From Candidatus Gottesmanbacteria bacterium (GTDB taxonomy: Bacteria; Patescibacteriota; Microgenomatia; UBA10105; UBA927): a DNA stretch of 64,000 nt. The notes beneath the pieces are model-generated. The model worked only from the letters and a program-made list of their open reading frames with translations, was not told the origin of the DNA and did not search any database. Shown here piece by piece: positions 59,878 through 64,000 of the stretch. A program made the position numbers and the translations under genes. How positions within the stretch are numbered: the first letter of the stretch is position 1; every line of letters starts with the position of its first letter. The stretch covers positions 13,420 through 77,419 of the forward strand of contig JACRMP010000015.1 in assembly GCA_016214885.1 (NCBI GenBank). Reading direction: 5' to 3'.

Positions 59878-61380
59878 ATGAGCAAGGTGCGCGCGATTGA
59901 TTGGGTTAAGGTTGGAATTATTTATATAGCCACACTACTCCGGGTGTACAGGCTTGATTCACTCACCGAATTTTTGGGAGACCAAGGCAGGACGATGCTT
60001 GTTATGCGCCGATTTATAGAAGACGGCGTTGTCCCGCTGTCGGGGCCCACTACCCTGAGCGGACATAATCTTGGTCCCATATTTTATTATCTGCTTGCCC
60101 CCGGTTATCTTATTTCCCATGGCCCGTTTGGTGTATCCATGTGGAGTGCTCTATTAGGAGTTTTGTCGGTTGCTATCCTTTACCGGGCTGTTACCCTGAT
60201 GTTTGGCATATGGCCAGCAAGGGTGGTTTCGCTTCTATGGGCGGTGTCTCCTGTTATTATTTCTGCTGACCGCACTATCTGGGAGCCTAATCTGGTGCCG
60301 CTTTGGTCAGTGCTGTTTATCTTTCTATTATATAGGGCATACCGGAAATGGCACGGTATCCTTTGGGTAGGAGTGGGAGCCTCGGTAGGAGTGCTTATCC
60401 AGCTTCATTATCCGAATATATACTTCTTGGGGCTTACTGCCTTGGCCTTGGCAGGGGCAAAGATATACCGCAAAAAAAGCAATAACGATATATTTCGGAG
60501 TCTAATATGGTGTACGGGGGGATTTGTCGCAGTGTTGCTTCCGTTTCTTTGGTATGAGTTTACGGTGGGATTTAAAGATATCACCGGAATTGCATCTATA
60601 ATAGCCGACGGAGCGGGTGCCACGATGGGCAAGCGCGTCATGCTCTGGCAAAGCCTTGATTACAGCTACCGCGTATTAGGAAGAATGATTCCTGAAATGA
60701 GCAGGATTCCGGCGGCGGTACTCCTTTTGTTGTGGGGAATATTTGTGTTGTTCCGCCCGACGCCCAAAAATATATTTTTTTCGCTTTGGTTTGCCGGAGG
60801 AATTGCCGCAATGGTGCGGTATGCGGGAGTTGTCCACGATCATTATTTGTTTTTCCTTACCCCCGTTCCGTTTTTTATGCTCGCCTCGGTGGTATCGTCG
60901 GTGACCAATCCTGTTTGGAAAAAAGCAGTTTTACTTTGTTTAACCGGGCTTATTCTGTATCAATTTATGCAGACAGACATCGCAGACTACGGGAAAAATG
61001 ACCTTGCACGGGTAAGCATGGCGGTTGCCAGGATGAAAGCGGATGCAGGGCAAGAGCGTTTTTCATTTACCCTCATTAACACCAGATCATTTTCCGATCT
61101 TCATTACCGGTATTATATGCGTGTAATGGGGGTGACTCCCATGCCGGTCGGGGAAGCTAATTACCGGAAGCTATATGTTATGTGCGAGAGTTCCCGCTGT
61201 CCTACTGTTACCCAAATCACCTCTATCACTACGTTGCCGGTGCTTTGTTATGACGAGCACTGTGCTGATACCTACACAGGTATTCCCCTGTGGGATTCCT
61301 GGTCATATATCCGCCATGAGCGTGTAGTGGATAGTGGGCGTATTCTGGGAACGCTGTATGTATTCGAGCGCCGGCAGTGA
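59878..61380 (+). CDS. GT-C glycosyltransferase (ArnT/PMT-like)
   Basis: FLGDQGR, LSGP...LGPIFYY, R.IWEPN, QLHY; paralog of 29773-31356. Confidence 0.83.
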   Translation: MSKVRAIDWVKVGIIYIATLLRVYRLDSLTEFLGDQGRTMLVMRRFIEDGVVPLSGPTTLSGHNLGPIFYYLLAPGYLISHGPFGVSMWSALLGVLSVAILYRAVTLMFGIWPARVVSLLWAVSPVIISADRTIWEPNLVPLWSVLFIFLLYRAYRKWHGILWVGVGASVGVLIQLHYPNIYFLGLTALALAGAKIYRKKSNNDIFRSLIWCTGGFVAVLLPFLWYEFTVGFKDITGIASIIADGAGATMGKRVMLWQSLDYSYRVLGRMIPEMSRIPAAVLLLLWGIFVLFRPTPKNIFFSLWFAGGIAAMVRYAGVVHDHYLFFLTPVPFFMLASVVSSVTNPVWKKAVLLCLTGLILYQFMQTDIADYGKNDLARVSMAVARMKADAGQERFSFTLINTRSFSDLHYRYYMRVMGVTPMPVGEANYRKLYVMCESSRCPTVTQITSITTLPVLCYDEHCADTYTGIPLWDSWSYIRHERVVDSGRILGTLYVFERRQ

Positions 61381-61427
61381 TGACGGAATCAATAGTCAAG
61401 GATAAATGTATCTAGTACAATAACGGT

Positions 61428-62699
61428 ATGTTAAGCAGTGTAATAGACTCGGTGCTTCTTTTTGCGTTTTCGATCCCCGTTGTCATGCAATACCGGATTC
61501 TTCCGGTTGACGGTACTCCATACTGGCTGTTCGGTTTGTTGTTCTTGATGCTGACCCTTCACTGTTTCGTGTCACTTTATCCTGAGGTGCTTGGCCGCTG
61601 GAAGAAACAAGCCGCCAAACTTAAGATGTTTTTTTTGATAACTACGCTCGTAATAACCCTGGGGGGAGCGAGTGTTACCGCTATGTTCGACCGGGCGCGC
61701 ACCGCCCCCGTTTACGGCGTCCACGACATCATTCTTCAGCAGGAGTCCGCTATGCGGTATCTTATCGTAGGGAAAAATCCGTATAAAGAAACATATTTTG
61801 GCACCCAGGTAGAAAGCTTCCGTTATGCGGAGCTGGGGCGCGATGCAGTTAACCCGGCGCTCTACCACTTCGTCATGCCGCCGTGGTATCTGTTGTTTCC
61901 GTATATTTTTTACTACACGTCAATACCGGTGCTGGGATTTTTTGACGGGAGAATGGCGCTTCTTTTCACCATGGTGATGCTGCTTGTTTTTGTCTGGTTT
62001 TGGCTCAAAGACAAAGCGCTTGCCAGGGTAGCAATAGTACTCACTGCATTGTCACCTTCTGTTGTCGATTATTTTGTGGAGGGCAGGAGCGATGTGTTTG
62101 CATTGTCCTGGCTTATGGGGGCAATGGTGCTTCTTGCTAACAGGCGGTATGTACTAAGTGGTGTGGTATTGGCATTAGCACTCCTTAGCAAACAAACCAT
62201 ATGGTTTGTGGTCCCCTTTTACGGTGTGTATCTGTGGCAGGAGACTGCTAATTCCAGAGTTATCTTTTGGAAGACTGCCGCTGCCTGTGCCGCAGTGAGT
62301 GTCATATTGGTTCTCCCGTTTGTGATGTGGGACAGTAACGCTTTCATGAACAGTGTTGTTTTTTACCTTACAGGCAATACTGCAACGAGTTACCCTGTTT
62401 CGGGGTACGGGCTCGGAATGATGCTGTATGATTTTGGAGTAATTCGCGATATCCATGCGTATTATCCGTTTATTTACTGGCAGATAGGGATAGCACTGCC
62501 TGTTTTTATCACCCTTGTTTATTGGTTGTGGCGGAAGCCTTCAGCATCACGGCTTATCATATCGTATGCGGTTTTTCTGATGGTATATTGGTATTTAAGC
62601 CGGTATTTCAATAACAGCCATTTGGGATATCTATCCATGCTGTTTGCCCTGGGAGTACTTAAAGCAGTGGATGAAAAAAATCTCCATGAAACAAATTAA
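61428..62699 (+). CDS. GT-C glycosyltransferase (GT87/DUF2029-like)
   Basis: VHD...Q.E.A..YL..GKNPY, PP, EGRSD, SKQT.W. Confidence 0.72.
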   Translation: MLSSVIDSVLLFAFSIPVVMQYRILPVDGTPYWLFGLLFLMLTLHCFVSLYPEVLGRWKKQAAKLKMFFLITTLVITLGGASVTAMFDRARTAPVYGVHDIILQQESAMRYLIVGKNPYKETYFGTQVESFRYAELGRDAVNPALYHFVMPPWYLLFPYIFYYTSIPVLGFFDGRMALLFTMVMLLVFVWFWLKDKALARVAIVLTALSPSVVDYFVEGRSDVFALSWLMGAMVLLANRRYVLSGVVLALALLSKQTIWFVVPFYGVYLWQETANSRVIFWKTAAACAAVSVILVLPFVMWDSNAFMNSVVFYLTGNTATSYPVSGYGLGMMLYDFGVIRDIHAYYPFIYWQIGIALPVFITLVYWLWRKPSASRLIISYAVFLMVYWYLSRYFNNSHLGYLSMLFALGVLKAVDEKNLHETN

Positions 62700-64000
62700 C
62701 CGCACCGCCATACTGCTTTTTATAGTGCTGTTGGCTGCATTTTTTTTGCGTACATACCGGATTACCGTAAATCCGCCGGCCATATCATGGGATGAAGCGT
62801 CTATAGGGTATAACGCATACACGATTCTCACCACAGGCCGGGATGAACACGGTAAATTTTTGCCGCTTGATACCTTTGCTGCTTTCGGTGACTACAAGCC
62901 GCCGGTGCCGATATACCTCACCGTTCCGTTTGTAGCAATTTTCGGATTGGGAGAACTTGCCGTGCGGTTGCCATCGGCGCTGGCAGGAGTGCTCACCGTT
63001 TGGGTGTTATTTTTGCTGACCGCCGAATTATTCCGTGAATCCAAGTACGCTAAAACGATAGGTCTGACGAGTTCTCTGCTTCTGACGCTCACACCCTGGC
63101 ACATTATGCTTTCCCGGGCAGGATTTGAGGCAAATATCGCCTTATTGTTTCTGGTTACCGGTATTCTTTTTGTGCTGAAAGGGAGGAGTAGTCCTCATTA
63201 TTTTTATATCGCATGGCTGCCGTTTGTCATGGGTATATATACCTTTAACAGTACGCGTTATGCAGGCCCTCTTATTGCCGTGTCTCTTCTTATTTTGATC
63301 AGAAAACACCTCATTCCCGCTAAAAAACAGGTACTTATGGGATTTGTTATAGCACTCATTGCCCTTATTCCCATAGCTCCGCATCTCGTCTCTAAACAGG
63401 CACGTCTCCGGTTTGAGGAAGTCAGTATATTCACCGATTTACGTACGGTGTTAACGTCCAACGAGCGGCGTAAAGCCGATGCATTTGCCCCATGGGCTGA
63501 TATTCTTCATAACAGAAGAGTGGGGTATGCACGCGAATATTTTGTCCACTTTTTTGACAATTTGGAACCGAGATTTCTGTTTATGACCGGGGACGGCAAT
63601 CCGAAGTTCTCCATCCAGGACACAGGACAATTGTTACTTGTGACAGCACCGTTTGTGCTTCTTGGGTGGCTTATGGTGTTTAAGGATTTTCCGGTTGCCG
63701 GATGGTTTCTTCTGTGGTGGCTTGTGGCAGCTATTGCGCCATCTGCGGTTGCCCGTGAAACGCCTCATGCGCTCCGTATTGAAAACGGTTTACCCGTTTA
63801 TATGATGGTGACGGCATACGGCTTGGTGATGGGAGTTCTCGGTGTAGCACAAAGGAAACGGATTATTGGAATGCTTTTTCTTGCTGCTTTGATCTTGGGG
63901 AATTTTTCCTATTTCTGGCATAACCTGATGGCGCATTACCCGAAAGAATATTCCGGAGAATGGCAGTACGGGTATAAAAATGCCATAGAAGTTGCCCGCA
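62686..64000 (+). CDS. GT-C glycosyltransferase (PMT/ArnT-like), 3' partial
   Basis: Not in the ORF track because it runs off the end; reads MKQINR...PPAISWDEASIGYNAYTILTTGRDEHG...FGDYKPP...PWHIMLSRAGFE. Confidence 0.85.
   Translation, partial: MKQINRTAILLFIVLLAAFFLRTYRITVNPPAISWDEASIGYNAYTILTTGRDEHGKFLPLDTFAAFGDYKPPVPIYLTVPFVAIFGLGELAVRLPSALAGVLTVWVLFLLTAELFRESKYAKTIGLTSSLLLTLTPWHIMLSRAGFEANIALLFLVTGILFVLKGRSSPHYFYIAWLPFVMGIYTFNSTRYAGPLIAVSLLILIRKHLIPAKKQVLMGFVIALIALIPIAPHLVSKQARLRFEEVSIFTDLRTVLTSNERRKADAFAPWADILHNRRVGYAREYFVHFFDNLEPRFLFMTGDGNPKFSIQDTGQLLLVTAPFVLLGWLMVFKDFPVAGWFLLWWLVAAIAPSAVARETPHALRIENGLPVYMMVTAYGLVMGVLGVAQRKRIIGMLFLAALILGNFSYFWHNLMAHYPKEYSGEWQYGYKNAIEVAR

Noticed and set aside
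1-64000. Genetic code 25 (TGA=Gly), suggested by the in-frame TGA at 35519
   Set aside because: Numerous genes end at TGA with ATGA coupling, no other gene has an internal TGA, and prfB is intact.

Overview
Bacterial chromosomal window using genetic code 11 (many genes end in TGA). Gene content and compactness (MacAB-type ABC without TolC, signal peptidase-CAP fusion, truncated TsaB, Pro/Thr-rich surface protein, many GT-C glycosyltransferases) suggest a CPR/Patescibacteria genome, probably Microgenomates; this is inference. The first ~23.6 kb holds housekeeping and envelope genes: AlaX-like, two DsbA-family proteins, MacAB-like exporter, hsp20 with a CIRCE box, ruvCAB, lepB-CAP, a Zur-like regulator plus ZIP transporter, prfB, ftsEX with an M23 peptidase, and tsaE/C/B. 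The remaining ~40 kb is one surface-glycosylation locus: nucleotide-sugar enzymes, Wzx, GT2/GT4 enzymes, three polyprenol-phosphate sugar synthases and about 15 GT-C membrane transferases. The strongest unexplained signal is a ~243-nt non-coding element present twice in the glycan locus (25367-25609 on +, 57954-58197 on -). It has three conserved helices with compensatory changes and two unrelated ~70-nt loops, and its closing helix joins an upstream stop codon to the downstream ATG. Other observations: two apparently circularly permuted exported enzymes (DsbA, M23 peptidase), widespread leaderless-type promoters, an in-frame TGA in a GT-C gene and an internally deleted RmlD. No CRISPR, rRNA, tRNA or transposase was recognised.
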